A stretch of 64,000 nucleotides of DNA, taken from positions 128,652-192,651 of the forward strand of contig SHWB01000001.1 in NCBI GenBank assembly GCA_009691025.1, read 5' to 3'. The position numbers and the translations under genes are program-made. Shown in pieces: positions 1 through 15,782 of this stretch. The notes under the pieces were generated by a model, which was not told where the DNA came from, searched no databases, and was given only the letters and a program-made list of their open reading frames with translations. This stretch comes from Alphaproteobacteria bacterium (GTDB taxonomy: Bacteria > Pseudomonadota > Alphaproteobacteria > UBA6615). The first letter of the stretch is position 1. Each line of letters starts with the position of its first letter.

Positions 1-648
1 GGCTTCCTCGAACATGTCGCCCTAGTCATGGAGAACGTCGATGGTGCCGGCCACGATTCCGTCTCGGTGATGACGCTGCACGCCTCCAAGGGGCTGGAAT
101 TCGACACCGTGTTTCTGCCGGGCTGGGAGGAGGGGCTGTTCCCCCATCCGCGCAACATGGAGGAGAACGGCGCGGCTGGGCTGGAGGAGGAGCGGCGCCT
201 CGCCTATGTTGGCCTCACCCGCGCGCGCCGCCGGGCGATGGTGATGTTCGCCGCCAACCGCCGCATCCACGGCCAGTGGAACGCCTCGATCCCCTCGCGC
301 TTCGTCGAGGAGATGCCGCCCGAACACATCGCCGTCGAGAGCGAGCCAGGCCTGTGGTCGGGCGCCCGCACATCGGCCGGCGGAGGCGGCGTGGCGCATG
401 CCGCGACGGCCTTCCGCGGCCGGCGCGACTGGGCCTTCGCCAGCACCGCGCCGCCGCCGCGCGACACCGAGCCGGGCCTCGTGCTGGCACCGTCGCGCGG
501 TTTCACGACGGGCGCCCGCGTGTTCCACCAAAAATTCGGCTACGGTAAAGTGCTCGCAGTGGACGACAACAGGCTGGAGATTGCTTTCGACAAGGCCGGC
601 GTCAAAAAGGTGCTCGACAGCTTCGTCGTGAAGGCCGAGGCGCTGTGA
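1..648 (+). CDS. UvrD/Rep/PcrA-family ATP-dependent DNA helicase, C-terminal fragment (5' end outside window)
   Basis: The frame is open from nt 1. The ORF 28..648 translation has SF1 helicase motifs V/VI (HASKGLEFDTVFLPGWEEGLFPH; RRLAYVGLTRARRRA). The TGA stop overlaps the GTG of the next gene (GTGA at 645-648). Confidence 0.85.
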   Translation, partial: GFLEHVALVMENVDGAGHDSVSVMTLHASKGLEFDTVFLPGWEEGLFPHPRNMEENGAAGLEEERRLAYVGLTRARRRAMVMFAANRRIHGQWNASIPSRFVEEMPPEHIAVESEPGLWSGARTSAGGGGVAHAATAFRGRRDWAFASTAPPPRDTEPGLVLAPSRGFTTGARVFHQKFGYGKVLAVDDNRLEIAFDKAGVKKVLDSFVVKAEAL

Positions 649-1541
649 GCGCGGGTGCGGTCTGGAAGGTCGAGTGCGTGGTGCCGGCGGCGGCGGCCGA
701 TTCGGTCGCCGGCGCGCTGGCCGATATCGTCGATGCACTGGCGGTGTTCGAAGTCGGCGGGCCGCGGACGATGCGCGTGCGTGGCTATGGCGGCGGCAGT
801 CTCGACGCGGCGACCGAATGCGCGTTGAACGCCGCCGTCGCGGCGTGCGCGCAGCAGGCCGGCATCGAGACGCCGGCGGTTCATATCGTCTGGCTGCCCG
901 CGATCGACTGGCTGGCCGAGAACCAGGCGAGCTTCGCGCCGATATCGGTCGGACGTTTCTGGGTCCACGATTCCGCGCATCGCGCCGGTATTCCGCCCGG
1001 CAGCGTCGCCATCGAGGTCGATGCGGCGACGGCGTTCGGCACCGGCGAGCATGCGACGACGAAGGGCTGCCTTGCCGCCATCGACCGGCTGGCGCGCCTG
1101 CGCTGGCGCGGCCTCGCGCCGGCCACGCTCGACATGGGCTGCGGCACGGCGATACTGTCCATCGCTGCGGCGCATGCGCTGGGCGCCAGGGTGCTGGCGG
1201 TGGATATCGATGCTGATTCGGTGCGGGTCGCGCGCACCAATCTGCGCATCAACCGCGCCGACGGGCGCGTGCGCGCCGTGGCCGGCGACGGCTACCGTAC
1301 GCCGGCGGTCAGGAAGAACGTGCCCTACGGCTTGATCCTTGCCAATGTGCTGGCCGGGCCGCTGATCCGCATGGCCGGCCCGTGCGCCGCCATGCTGGCG
1401 CCGGGCGGTATCGCCGTGCTGTCGGGTCTGCTCGACCACCAGGCCCAGGCTGTGTTCGCCGCCCACCGTGCGCGCGGCCTCGTGCTGGCCGGCAGCGATT
1501 CGCGCGAGGGCTGGACCACGCTGACGCTGCGCAAGCCCTGA
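645..1541 (+). CDS. prmA: ribosomal protein L11 methyltransferase
   Basis: 298-aa ORF. It has the PrmA hallmark FGTGEHATTKGCL, SAM motif I LDMGCGTAILSIAA and post-I VLAVDID. Confidence 0.85.
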   Translation: MSAGAVWKVECVVPAAAADSVAGALADIVDALAVFEVGGPRTMRVRGYGGGSLDAATECALNAAVAACAQQAGIETPAVHIVWLPAIDWLAENQASFAPISVGRFWVHDSAHRAGIPPGSVAIEVDAATAFGTGEHATTKGCLAAIDRLARLRWRGLAPATLDMGCGTAILSIAAAHALGARVLAVDIDADSVRVARTNLRINRADGRVRAVAGDGYRTPAVRKNVPYGLILANVLAGPLIRMAGPCAAMLAPGGIAVLSGLLDHQAQAVFAAHRARGLVLAGSDSREGWTTLTLRKP

Positions 1542-1580
1542 AAAAGCGGCAGCCCGCCCCCTGGGGAGAGGGCGGGCCGC
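1541..1580 (-). terminator. rho-independent terminator downstream of the DUF1127 gene
   Basis: GC hairpin: GCCCGCCC (1552-1559) pairs with GGGCGGGC (1570-1577), with flanking GCGGC/GCCGC extension. On the minus strand it is followed by TTTTT (1545-1541). It lies between convergent prmA and the DUF1127 gene. Confidence 0.6.
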
Positions 1581-1606
1581 ATACGTCGACGCCTGGAGGG
1601 AGGAAA

Positions 1607-1831
1607 TTAGGCGGCGGCGCGCAACTTGTCGTTGGTGTTGGCGTTGTCATCGCGCGGCGTCACGTAGCGCAGCGGCCTGCCGTGACTGTCGACGCCGATG
1701 TCGCGCAGCGTGCGCTCGTCGAGACCGGCGAGGGCGATCCGCGTTGCCTGCTCGTGGCGCCAGTCGACATAGGCCAGCGCGATGCGGCCGAAGCCGCGAC
1801 CGAGAGCCTGGAACAGGTTGAAACTGGCCAT
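1607..1831 (-). CDS. DUF1127 small protein (YjiS-like)
   Basis: 74-aa ORF with an ATG start. The segment LAGLDERTLRDIGV matches the DUF1127 signature as I remember it. A terminator lies downstream. Confidence 0.7.
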   Translation of the reverse strand: MASFNLFQALGRGFGRIALAYVDWRHEQATRIALAGLDERTLRDIGVDSHGRPLRYVTPRDDNANTNDKLRAAA

Positions 1832-2048
1832 TTTGCGTGTCCGGTGAGAGTGCGATACGAGAGAACCGGCGCCCCGGATGGCATCCGTTCGATGCTTCTG
1901 ATTTAGGTAAGTATTGCTGCCTTACCAATCTCGATTGTGCGGTGCAGCATCGCGGTTGTTGCATGGCAACCGGCAGGGAGGCGCCCGATGCTTGCGCCGG
2001 GCGCAGGGCAAATCTAGCTTCCGGCTTGGCGGATCAGATGGAGGCGGT

Positions 2049-3836
2049 ATGGCGACGGCGGCGGAACGGCTGGCGGCCTTGCGCGCGGCGCTGGTGGCGG
2101 CCGGCGTCGACGGCTTCGTCGTGCCGCATGCCGACGAGCACCAGAGCGAATACCTGCCCGCACGGGCCGAACGGCTGGCCTGGCTGACCGGCTTCACCGG
2201 CTCGGCCGGCGCGGCGGTGGTGCTGGCGACGCGCGCGGCGGTGTTCGCCGATGGCCGCTACAGCCTGCAGGTCCGCCGCGAGGTCGATTCCGGCGCCTGG
2301 GACATCTGCCATCTGGTCGAGCAGCCGCCTGCCGACTGGCTGGCGGCGGCGGCGCGGCCCGGCATGCGCATCGGCTACGATCCGTGGCTGCATACGCCCG
2401 CCGGCCTCGACCGCCTTGCGGAGGGGTGCCGCAAGGCCGGCGCGACGCTGGTGGCGCTCGCCGCCAATCCCGTCGACGCGATCTGGGCCGACCAGCCGCC
2501 TGCGCCCGTCACGCCGGCTACGCCGCACGATCTCGCCTATGCCGGCCGCGCCAGCGCCGACAAGCGGGCCACCCTTGCCGGCCGCCTTGCCGCCGACGGG
2601 CTCGACGCCGCCATCGTCACCCAGCCGGATTCAATCGCCTGGCTGCTCAACGTGCGCGGCGGCGACGTGGCCCATACGCCGCTGGTCCTGAGCTTCGTCA
2701 TCCTGCATGCCGACGCTACGGTCGACTGGTTCGTCGACCCGGCCAAGCTGGGCCCGGAAATGAGCGGGCATCTCGGCAATGCCGTGCGCGTCAACCCGCC
2801 CGTCGCCTTAGGGGCCGGCCTAGACCGCATGGCTGGCAAGCGCGTGCGCGCCTGCCCGGACACGGCGGCGGCCTGGGTGTTCGAGCGTCTGACGGCGGCC
2901 GGTGCGGAAATCCGCCGCGGCCCCGACCCCGTCACCCTGCCCAAGGCGATCAAGAACGAGGTCGAGCTGGCCGGCACGCGCGCCGCGCACCGCCGCGATG
3001 GCGCGGCGCTGGCGCGCTTCTTCGCCTGGCTCGCCCCGGTGGCGGCGAGCGGCGATCTGCTGGAAAGCGTGGCGGCCGACAAGCTGCGCGGGTTCCGCGC
3101 GGCCGATCCGGGCTTTCGGGACGACAGTTTCGACACGATTTCCGGCGCCGGGCCGAACGGCGCTGTGGTCCATTACCGCGTCAGCCCGGCGACCGACCGC
3201 AGGCTGGCGCAGGGCGAACTCTATCTCGTCGATTCCGGCGCCCAGTACCAGGACGGCACGACGGACGTGACCCGCACGGTGGCGGTCGGCACGCCCGATG
3301 CCGAGATGCGCGACCGCTTCACCCGCGTGCTCAAGGGCCATATCGCCGTCGCCTCGGCGCGCTTTCCCGCCGGCACGACCGGCGGCCAGCTCGATACGCT
3401 GGCGCGCCAGTATCTCTGGCAGGCGGGGCTCGACTACGACCATGGCACCGGCCACGGCGTCGGCAGCTACCTCGCCGTTCACGAAGGCCCGCAGCTCATC
3501 TCGAAGGTCGCCTCGGGTGCGCGGCTGGTGCCTGGGATGATCGTCTCGAACGAGCCCGGCTACTACAAGGCAGGCGCCTGGGGCATCCGCATCGAGAACC
3601 TCGTCGCCGTCGCCGCGCTCGGAGCCGTGCCGGGGGGCGAGCGACCGCTCCATGGCTTCGAGACGCTGACCCTGGCGCCGATCGACCGCACGCTCGTGGA
3701 CATGGCGCTCATGACGCCGGCGGAAGTCGAGTGGCTCGACATCTACCACGCCCGCGTCGCGGCCGAGATAGGACCGCTGGTCGACGCGAAGACGAGCGCC
3801 TGGATGGTGGAGGTCTGCCGGCCGCTCGCGGGGTAG
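2049..3836 (+). CDS. pepP: aminopeptidase P family (M24B Xaa-Pro aminopeptidase, long form)
   Basis: ORF 1914..3836. ATG at 2049 is preceded by GGAGG (2040-2044). M24 metal-ligand regions are present (YLVDSGAQYQDGTTDVTRT; HGTGHGVGSYLAVHEGPQ; VSNEPGYY). The stop is TAG. Confidence 0.85.
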   Translation: MATAAERLAALRAALVAAGVDGFVVPHADEHQSEYLPARAERLAWLTGFTGSAGAAVVLATRAAVFADGRYSLQVRREVDSGAWDICHLVEQPPADWLAAAARPGMRIGYDPWLHTPAGLDRLAEGCRKAGATLVALAANPVDAIWADQPPAPVTPATPHDLAYAGRASADKRATLAGRLAADGLDAAIVTQPDSIAWLLNVRGGDVAHTPLVLSFVILHADATVDWFVDPAKLGPEMSGHLGNAVRVNPPVALGAGLDRMAGKRVRACPDTAAAWVFERLTAAGAEIRRGPDPVTLPKAIKNEVELAGTRAAHRRDGAALARFFAWLAPVAASGDLLESVAADKLRGFRAADPGFRDDSFDTISGAGPNGAVVHYRVSPATDRRLAQGELYLVDSGAQYQDGTTDVTRTVAVGTPDAEMRDRFTRVLKGHIAVASARFPAGTTGGQLDTLARQYLWQAGLDYDHGTGHGVGSYLAVHEGPQLISKVASGARLVPGMIVSNEPGYYKAGAWGIRIENLVAVAALGAVPGGERPLHGFETLTLAPIDRTLVDMALMTPAEVEWLDIYHARVAAEIGPLVDAKTSAWMVEVCRPLAG

Positions 3837-3855
3837 CCGGGCCGACGCTCATCGC

Positions 3856-3983
3856 CCTTCGAGACGACCGCTTAGCGGGCCCCTCAGGGTTAGGATCGTG
3901 TGAACGATAGGATTTCATTCTGGCGCGACACGACAAGGATGGCCTCAACCTGAGTAGCCGGGCGTAGCCCGTCGTCTCGAAGG
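3856..3983. repeat. 13-bp perfect inverted repeat enclosing a ~100-nt lower-GC core, in a convergent intergenic region
   Basis: CCTTCGAGACGAC (3856-3868) pairs with GTCGTCTCGAAGG (3971-3983). The core contains GGGTTAGGATCGTGTGAACGATAGGATTTCATTCTGG. No ORF is present. Confidence 0.6.
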
Positions 3984-4007
3984 ACGAGGCCCGTGGTGGC
4001 CAGCGAA

Positions 4008-8769
<4,762 letters not shown>

Positions 8770-8827
8770 GGCGGCGGGGGCCAGCGGAACGACGGCGACG
8801 GTGCGGCGCCGGATGCGGGCGAGCCGG

Positions 8828-9664
8828 CTAGAACGGCCACAGCCGGCCGAAGAATCCTGGCTCGTCGTCGGCGCGGGCGCCGGGCCGCTCGACCCTCTTG
8901 CCATCGACCATCTCGTAGCTGTCTCTGTACCAGTCGCTGCCCGGGAAATTATGGCCCAGCACGGCGGCGCTCTGGCGCGCTTCCGGCGCGATGCCCAGCG
9001 CCGAATAGGCTTCCGACAGGCGATGCAGTGCCTCGGGCGCGTGGGTCGTCGTCTGGTACTTCTCTACGACGTTGTGGAAGCGGTTGATCGCTGCGGGATA
9101 ATAGCCGCGTGTCAGGTAGTAGCGGCCGATCTGCATCTCCTTGCCGGCGAGGTGGTCGCGCACGAGGTCGAGCTTGAGGCGCGCGTCGCGCGAATACTTG
9201 CTGTCGGGGAACCGCCGCGTCACTTCCTCCAGCGAGGCCAGCGCCCGCTCGGTCGTGCGCTGGTCGCGGCCGATGTCGCTGATCTGCTCGTAGTAGGAAA
9301 GCGCCTTCAGGTAGTAGGCGTAGGAGACGTCGCGGTTGCCCGGGTGCAGCTCGATGAAGCGGTCGAGCGCCAGCACGGCGTCGTCGTACTTGCCGTTGAC
9401 GTAGGAGGCGTAGGCGGCCATCAACTGCGCCTTGGTTGCCCACACCGAATAGGGATGCTGGCGTTCGACTTCCTGGAAGAGGTCGTTCGCCTCGGTGAAT
9501 TCGGACGCCAGAACGGCATCCATGGCCTCGTTGTAGAGGTCTTCCGCCGGCCGCTCGACGTAGTGCTTCTCGGTCTTGTTGCACGCGGCGAGCGCGAGCG
9601 CCGCCGCGGCGCCGATCAGCGCCGCGCGCAGGCTGGTGGAGGAAATAAATCGTCGTATCGTCAC
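8828..9664 (-). CDS. bamD: outer membrane protein assembly factor BamD (ComL/YfiO lipoprotein)
   Basis: GTG start at 9664 (VTIRRFISS). It has the lipobox LALAAC and a TPR-like body (YNEAMDAVLASEFTEANDLFQEV...RYYLTRGYYPAAINRF). TAG stop. Confidence 0.85.
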   Translation of the reverse strand: MTIRRFISSTSLRAALIGAAAALALAACNKTEKHYVERPAEDLYNEAMDAVLASEFTEANDLFQEVERQHPYSVWATKAQLMAAYASYVNGKYDDAVLALDRFIELHPGNRDVSYAYYLKALSYYEQISDIGRDQRTTERALASLEEVTRRFPDSKYSRDARLKLDLVRDHLAGKEMQIGRYYLTRGYYPAAINRFHNVVEKYQTTTHAPEALHRLSEAYSALGIAPEARQSAAVLGHNFPGSDWYRDSYEMVDGKRVERPGARADDEPGFFGRLWPF

Positions 9665-9762
9665 AGGGGTCGACCAATGGCGTCCGGTCCGGGCAAAGGC
9701 CCCACGGCAGCGTCCGTCCGGACTATAGCACCGGATGGCGCGATTCCAAACGCGGGGAGTGG

Positions 9763-10698
9763 CTAAAGCGTCGCGGGCGCGGCGGCGGCGGCGGCTGGCA
9801 CGGCGGCGCCCGCGACGATGTTGGTGACGCCGGTGCCGGTCCAGCGCCAGGCGGCGCGGTCGGCCAGCAGGGTCCGCACCAGAAGATGGTTTAGCGCGTG
9901 GCCGGAACGATAGCCGTGGAAGCGCCCGACGATCGGCGCCCCGGCGAGGTAGAGGTCGCCGATCGAGTCGAGAATCTTGTGGCGGACGAACTCGTCGGCC
10001 CAGCGCAGCCCTTCGTCGTTGAGCACCGTGTCGCCGGCGACGACGACGGCATTGTCGAGGCTGCCGCCGCGCGCCAAACCGGCGGCGCGCAGCCGGTCGA
10101 CCTCGTGCGCGAAGCCGAAGGTGCGGGCCCGCGCGATGTCGGTCTTGAAGGTGCCGTTGACCAGAGAGACGGTCAGGCTCTGGCGGCCGATGGCGCGGCT
10201 GGCGAAATCGATGTCGCATCCGGCGGAGAAGCTTATGCCGGGCACCAGCATGGCCTCGGCGCCGTCCTTCGCGACGCTGACCGGGCGCAGCACCTCGATG
10301 GTGCGGCGCGGGGCCGACTGGGCGGCGAGGCCGGCGCATTCGAGCAGGAACACGAAGGGCGCCGCCGAGCCGTCCATCACCGGCACTTCGGGGCCGTCGA
10401 TGGCGATCTCGGTGTTATCGACGCCCATGCCGCGCAGTGCCGCCATGAGATGTTCGATGGTGGCGACGGAGGGGCCGCCGCGTAAACCGATGGCGGTACA
10501 CAGCCGGTCGTCGACGACGTAGTTGATGGTGGCGGGAATAACGGGCGCGGCGTTGCCAAGGTCGGTGCGGCGGAAGACGATGCCGCTGTCCACCGCCGCC
10601 GGCCGCAGCGTCATGCTGACGGCAGCGCCGCTGTGCAGGCCGGTGCCGCTGCAACTGATGGCATGGCGCAACGTCTGCTGACGTCCCGGCCCGGCCAT
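9763..10698 (-). CDS. lpxC: UDP-3-O-acyl-N-acetylglucosamine deacetylase
   Basis: Motifs QQTLRHAISCSGTGLHSG, TIEHLMAAL and HKILDSIGDLYLAG are present. Start chosen at MAGPGRQQTL (10698). An alternative ATG at 10743 would add 15 aa. Confidence 0.9.
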   Translation of the reverse strand: MAGPGRQQTLRHAISCSGTGLHSGAAVSMTLRPAAVDSGIVFRRTDLGNAAPVIPATINYVVDDRLCTAIGLRGGPSVATIEHLMAALRGMGVDNTEIAIDGPEVPVMDGSAAPFVFLLECAGLAAQSAPRRTIEVLRPVSVAKDGAEAMLVPGISFSAGCDIDFASRAIGRQSLTVSLVNGTFKTDIARARTFGFAHEVDRLRAAGLARGGSLDNAVVVAGDTVLNDEGLRWADEFVRHKILDSIGDLYLAGAPIVGRFHGYRSGHALNHLLVRTLLADRAAWRWTGTGVTNIVAGAAVPAAAAAAPATL

Positions 10699-10890
10699 GC
10701 GGCTGTCTGCGGCGCTGAAATCCACTGAAACCGGCCCTCGCATTAAGGTTATAACGCCGCAGAATCCGCCACGTCCAACGTTGATGTAACAGTCGTCCCG
10801 ACGACCTCTCAAGTCACTCTTTGTTGCACTTTGTTGCGGCTCCTGGGCCGCGGATCCGCTGGCGCGGCGCCACGGCCCCGGGCCGTTCCG

Positions 10891-12576
<1,686 letters not shown>

Positions 12577-12684
12577 GGGAACCTCCTGTCGCCTGGGCCA
12601 ATGCCGGACGGGACACCCCGCGCCCGGCCGATGAATGCGTCCCGCCGTCCGTCGGGGCACGGCCGGGGCGCGGGGGAATGACGT

Positions 12685-13989
12685 TCAGAGGTGCTCACGG
12701 AGCCATGAGCCGACACGGCCGATCAGGCCGGCGGCTTCCCCTGTCGGAAGCGGTTCGGGCACGCCATAGTCGCCGCTGTGCTCGGCGGCGTAGGCGACGA
12801 GGCCGGCGGGCACGGCGAAGGCCGGGCCGGCCAGAGCGTCGGCCAGCCCGCGCAGGCGCAGCGGCCGGCCAAGGCGGACCTGCTTGTCGAGCACCAGCGC
12901 TGCGAGTTCGCGCACGCCGGAGAGCTGCGAGGCGCCGCCAACCAGCACCAGCCGCCGTCCGGCGAGCGGCGCGGCGCCGCTGTCGGCCAGCCGCGCGCGG
13001 ACCAGCTCGAAAGTCTCCTCCAGCCGCGGGCCGATGATGCCGTTGAGCAGCGAACGAGGCACATGGTTGGCGGCATAGGCGTCGGGCTCGCCGACTTGCG
13101 GCACGTCGACGATGTCGATGTCGTCATGGGCGCCCGGCATGGCGCTGCCGTAGAGCGTCTTCATCCGTTCGGCATGCGCCAGCGGAGTCGACAGGCCCCG
13201 CGCCACGTCGTTGGTGACATGCGCGCCGCCGATCGGCACCTGGTCTGCGTAGACGAGGCGGCGGTCGTTGAACACGGCGATGTTGGTCGTGCCGGCCCCC
13301 ATGTCGAGCACGGTGGCGCCGAGGTCCATCTCGTCCTCGACCAGAGTGGCGAGGCCGGCGGCCACGGGCGGCGCGACGATCTGCTCGATGTCCAGATGGC
13401 AGCTCTCTACGACAGTGCGCAGGGTGCGCAGCGCGCCGGCACGCACGCTCACCAGATGCGCCGCCGCGCCCAGTCGCTGGCCGTGCATGCCGCGCGGGTC
13501 GTCGACTCGATGGCCGTCGAGGGCGTAGCCGAGCGGGATAGCGTGCAGCAATTCTAGTTCGCTCGGGCGGGCGGTGCCGTTGACATGGCCATTGCCGTTG
13601 AGGCGCGGCGCGCCGCCATCGCCGAACGCCGCGATCTGCACCTGAATGCGGCGCAGATCGGTGTCGGCAACCGCCTGGCCGTCGATCGCTACCTCGACAT
13701 CGAGGCGGCGCGACAGCGGCCCGCCGGCGGTTGCCGCGACGACGACCTCGCGCAGCGTCTCGCCGGCCATGGCCTCGGCGGCGTGCACGGCATTGCGGAT
13801 GGCCTGTTCGGCCGCCTCCATGTCGACGATGACACCGGCGCGCACGCCGGCGCTGACCTGGTGGCCGGCGCCGATCACGCGCGGCGGCCCTTCGCCGTCG
13901 AGGCGGGCGATCAGGCAGCAGACCTTGCTGCTGCCGACGTCGAGGATGCCGACCATTCCGCTTCGGGCTTTGCCGTTACGACGCGCCAC
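12685..13989 (-). CDS. ftsA: cell division protein FtsA
   Basis: 434-aa ORF with actin-fold phosphate motifs (ILDVGSSKVCCLI; VLDMGAGTTNIAVF). It sits between ftsQ and ftsZ. Confidence 0.95.
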   Translation of the reverse strand: MARRNGKARSGMVGILDVGSSKVCCLIARLDGEGPPRVIGAGHQVSAGVRAGVIVDMEAAEQAIRNAVHAAEAMAGETLREVVVAATAGGPLSRRLDVEVAIDGQAVADTDLRRIQVQIAAFGDGGAPRLNGNGHVNGTARPSELELLHAIPLGYALDGHRVDDPRGMHGQRLGAAAHLVSVRAGALRTLRTVVESCHLDIEQIVAPPVAAGLATLVEDEMDLGATVLDMGAGTTNIAVFNDRRLVYADQVPIGGAHVTNDVARGLSTPLAHAERMKTLYGSAMPGAHDDIDIVDVPQVGEPDAYAANHVPRSLLNGIIGPRLEETFELVRARLADSGAAPLAGRRLVLVGGASQLSGVRELAALVLDKQVRLGRPLRLRGLADALAGPAFAVPAGLVAYAAEHSGDYGVPEPLPTGEAAGLIGRVGSWLREHL

Positions 13990-14007
13990 GTCCGGTCGCC
14001 TCCGCGT

Positions 14008-14853
14008 TCAGGTGTTTTCGCCGCGGGCGCGCGCCTTGCGCACGCCGGACGGCGAGGTTCGTACGATCAGACGGTCGGGTATCCGCAGGTCGACCGCCAT
14101 CACGTCGCGGTCGAGCAGGGCATTCTCGCGCTGCAGTCGGTCGAGGCGAACGAGCGCCGCGGCGACCTCGTTTTCGGGCAGGCGCACATCGATGCCGCCA
14201 TTTAGCTTCAGATCCCAGCGTCGGCCGGACACGCGCACCGCAGCGTCGACATGGCGTGCCACCTCCGGTACGGCGGCCAGCGCGTCGACCAGTTGCGCCG
14301 CTGCCGTCTCGGCGCCCTCGCCGACGACCATCGGCAGATGCAACCAGTTGGCGATGCCTTCGCGACCTATGACGGTGCCGTCGCGGTCGATCAGCGAGAG
14401 CCGGCCGTTGCGTTGCCACAGGGCCAGCGGCACGCGTTCCTCGATGCGCACATAGACCACGTCGGGCAGGCGGCGGGCGATCGAGGCGTGGCGCACCCAG
14501 CAGAGCGATTGCAGCCGGGCGCGTGCCTCGGCGAGATTCACGGCGAAGATCGGCTGGCCGCGCTCGATACCGAGCGCCGCGTCGACATCCTTGCGGTCGG
14601 CGAACTGGCGCCCCTCGACCAGTACATGGCCGACGGCGAGTCCGGCATCGGCGCTAAGCGACAGCATGCCCTCGTGGATGCCGACGACAATTTCGGCGGA
14701 ATTCCCCTCCTGCCACAGCCAGGCGCCGCTCGCCGCGATCGTGGCGAGGCCGCCGACGGCGAAACCGGCACGCAGCCAGCGCCTGCGGCGACGCGTCGGC
14801 GGACGGCGGCGGGCGCCCTCGCGCCCGGCGATTGCGGAAAGGCTCAGTCGCAT
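14008..14853 (-). CDS. ftsQ: cell division protein FtsQ
   Basis: Single TM helix (FAVGGLATIAASGAWLW) followed by a POTRA-like region. Start placed at ATG 14853, which gives a 10-nt overlap with ddl. The longest ORF starts at 14904, which would give a 61-nt overlap. Confidence 0.85.
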   Translation of the reverse strand: MRLSLSAIAGREGARRRPPTRRRRRWLRAGFAVGGLATIAASGAWLWQEGNSAEIVVGIHEGMLSLSADAGLAVGHVLVEGRQFADRKDVDAALGIERGQPIFAVNLAEARARLQSLCWVRHASIARRLPDVVYVRIEERVPLALWQRNGRLSLIDRDGTVIGREGIANWLHLPMVVGEGAETAAAQLVDALAAVPEVARHVDAAVRVSGRRWDLKLNGGIDVRLPENEVAAALVRLDRLQRENALLDRDVMAVDLRIPDRLIVRTSPSGVRKARARGENT

Positions 14854-15782
14854 TGCGCGTGCTCCACCAGCCAGGCGACGAGCGCGCCGAACGACAGGCC
14901 GCAATAGGCAGCCTGTTCGGGTACGAGCGACAGTGGCGTCATGCCCGGCTGGGTGTTGACCTCGAGCAGGACGAGGCGTCCCGGCTCGCCGGCGAGATCG
15001 TCGTAGCGGAAATCCGCCCGGCTGACGCCGCGGCAGCCGAGCAGGTCATGAGCGGCAACGGCGCAGTCCAACGCCTCGCGGTAGGCGCCCGCGTCGATCG
15101 GCGCGGGCACGATGTGGTGCGAGCAGCCTTCGACGTACTTTGCGGCGTAATCGTAGAAGCCGTTCTGGGCGCGAATCTCGGTCACCGCCAGCGCCCGCGT
15201 GCCGGCGCCGTTGCCGCTCATCACCGCTACCGTCAGTTCGCGGCCGGGGATGAAGCGCTCGACCAGTACCTCCTCGTCGCCGTACGGCCAGTCGTCTGCG
15301 CCGAACGGCAGCGCCTCGTTCTCGTGGACGATGTGGACCTTGACCGAGGAGCCTTCCGAGACCGGCTTGACGACATAGGGGCGATCCATAGCGCGGCCGG
15401 CCAGCACCGTCTCGCGGTCGGCGACGACGCCATCGGCGATCGGCAGGCCGGCGCTGGTGAACAGGCGCCGCGCCATCGCCTTGTCCATCGCCAGCGCCGA
15501 AGCGAGCACGCCGGAATGCGTGTAGGGCACGCCGAACAGGTCGAGCAGGCCCTGGACGCGGCCGTCCTCGCCGTAGCGGCCGTGCAGCGCATTGAAGACG
15601 ACATCCGGCCGGTCCGGACCCGAAAGCGCGACTACGAGCGGCTCCGGGTCGGCGTCGAGATGCAGTTCGCTGACGCGATAGCCGGCGGCCCGTAGGGCGT
15701 CGGCGCATTGCCTGCCGCTGACCAGCGAGACCTCGCGCTCGGCCGAGCGCCCGCCCATCAGCACGGTGACGCGACGGGTCAT
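14844..15782 (-). CDS. ddl: D-alanine--D-alanine ligase
   Basis: Start at [23 protein letters not shown] (15782). It has an ATP-grasp C-terminus (LLEVNTQPGMT). 312 aa. Confidence 0.95.
   Translation of the reverse strand: MTRRVTVLMGGRSAEREVSLVSGRQCADALRAAGYRVSELHLDADPEPLVVALSGPDRPDVVFNALHGRYGEDGRVQGLLDLFGVPYTHSGVLASALAMDKAMARRLFTSAGLPIADGVVADRETVLAGRAMDRPYVVKPVSEGSSVKVHIVHENEALPFGADDWPYGDEEVLVERFIPGRELTVAVMSGNGAGTRALAVTEIRAQNGFYDYAAKYVEGCSHHIVPAPIDAGAYREALDCAVAAHDLLGCRGVSRADFRYDDLAGEPGRLVLLEVNTQPGMTPLSLVPEQAAYCGLSFGALVAWLVEHAQCD

Noticed and set aside
8770-8827. An SOS (LexA) box upstream of recN
   Set aside because: The alphaproteobacterial consensus is GAAC-N7-GAAC or GTTC-N7-GTTC. Only one half-site is present (GAAC at 8786-8789, followed by gacggcg-ACGG). 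I cannot support an operator call.
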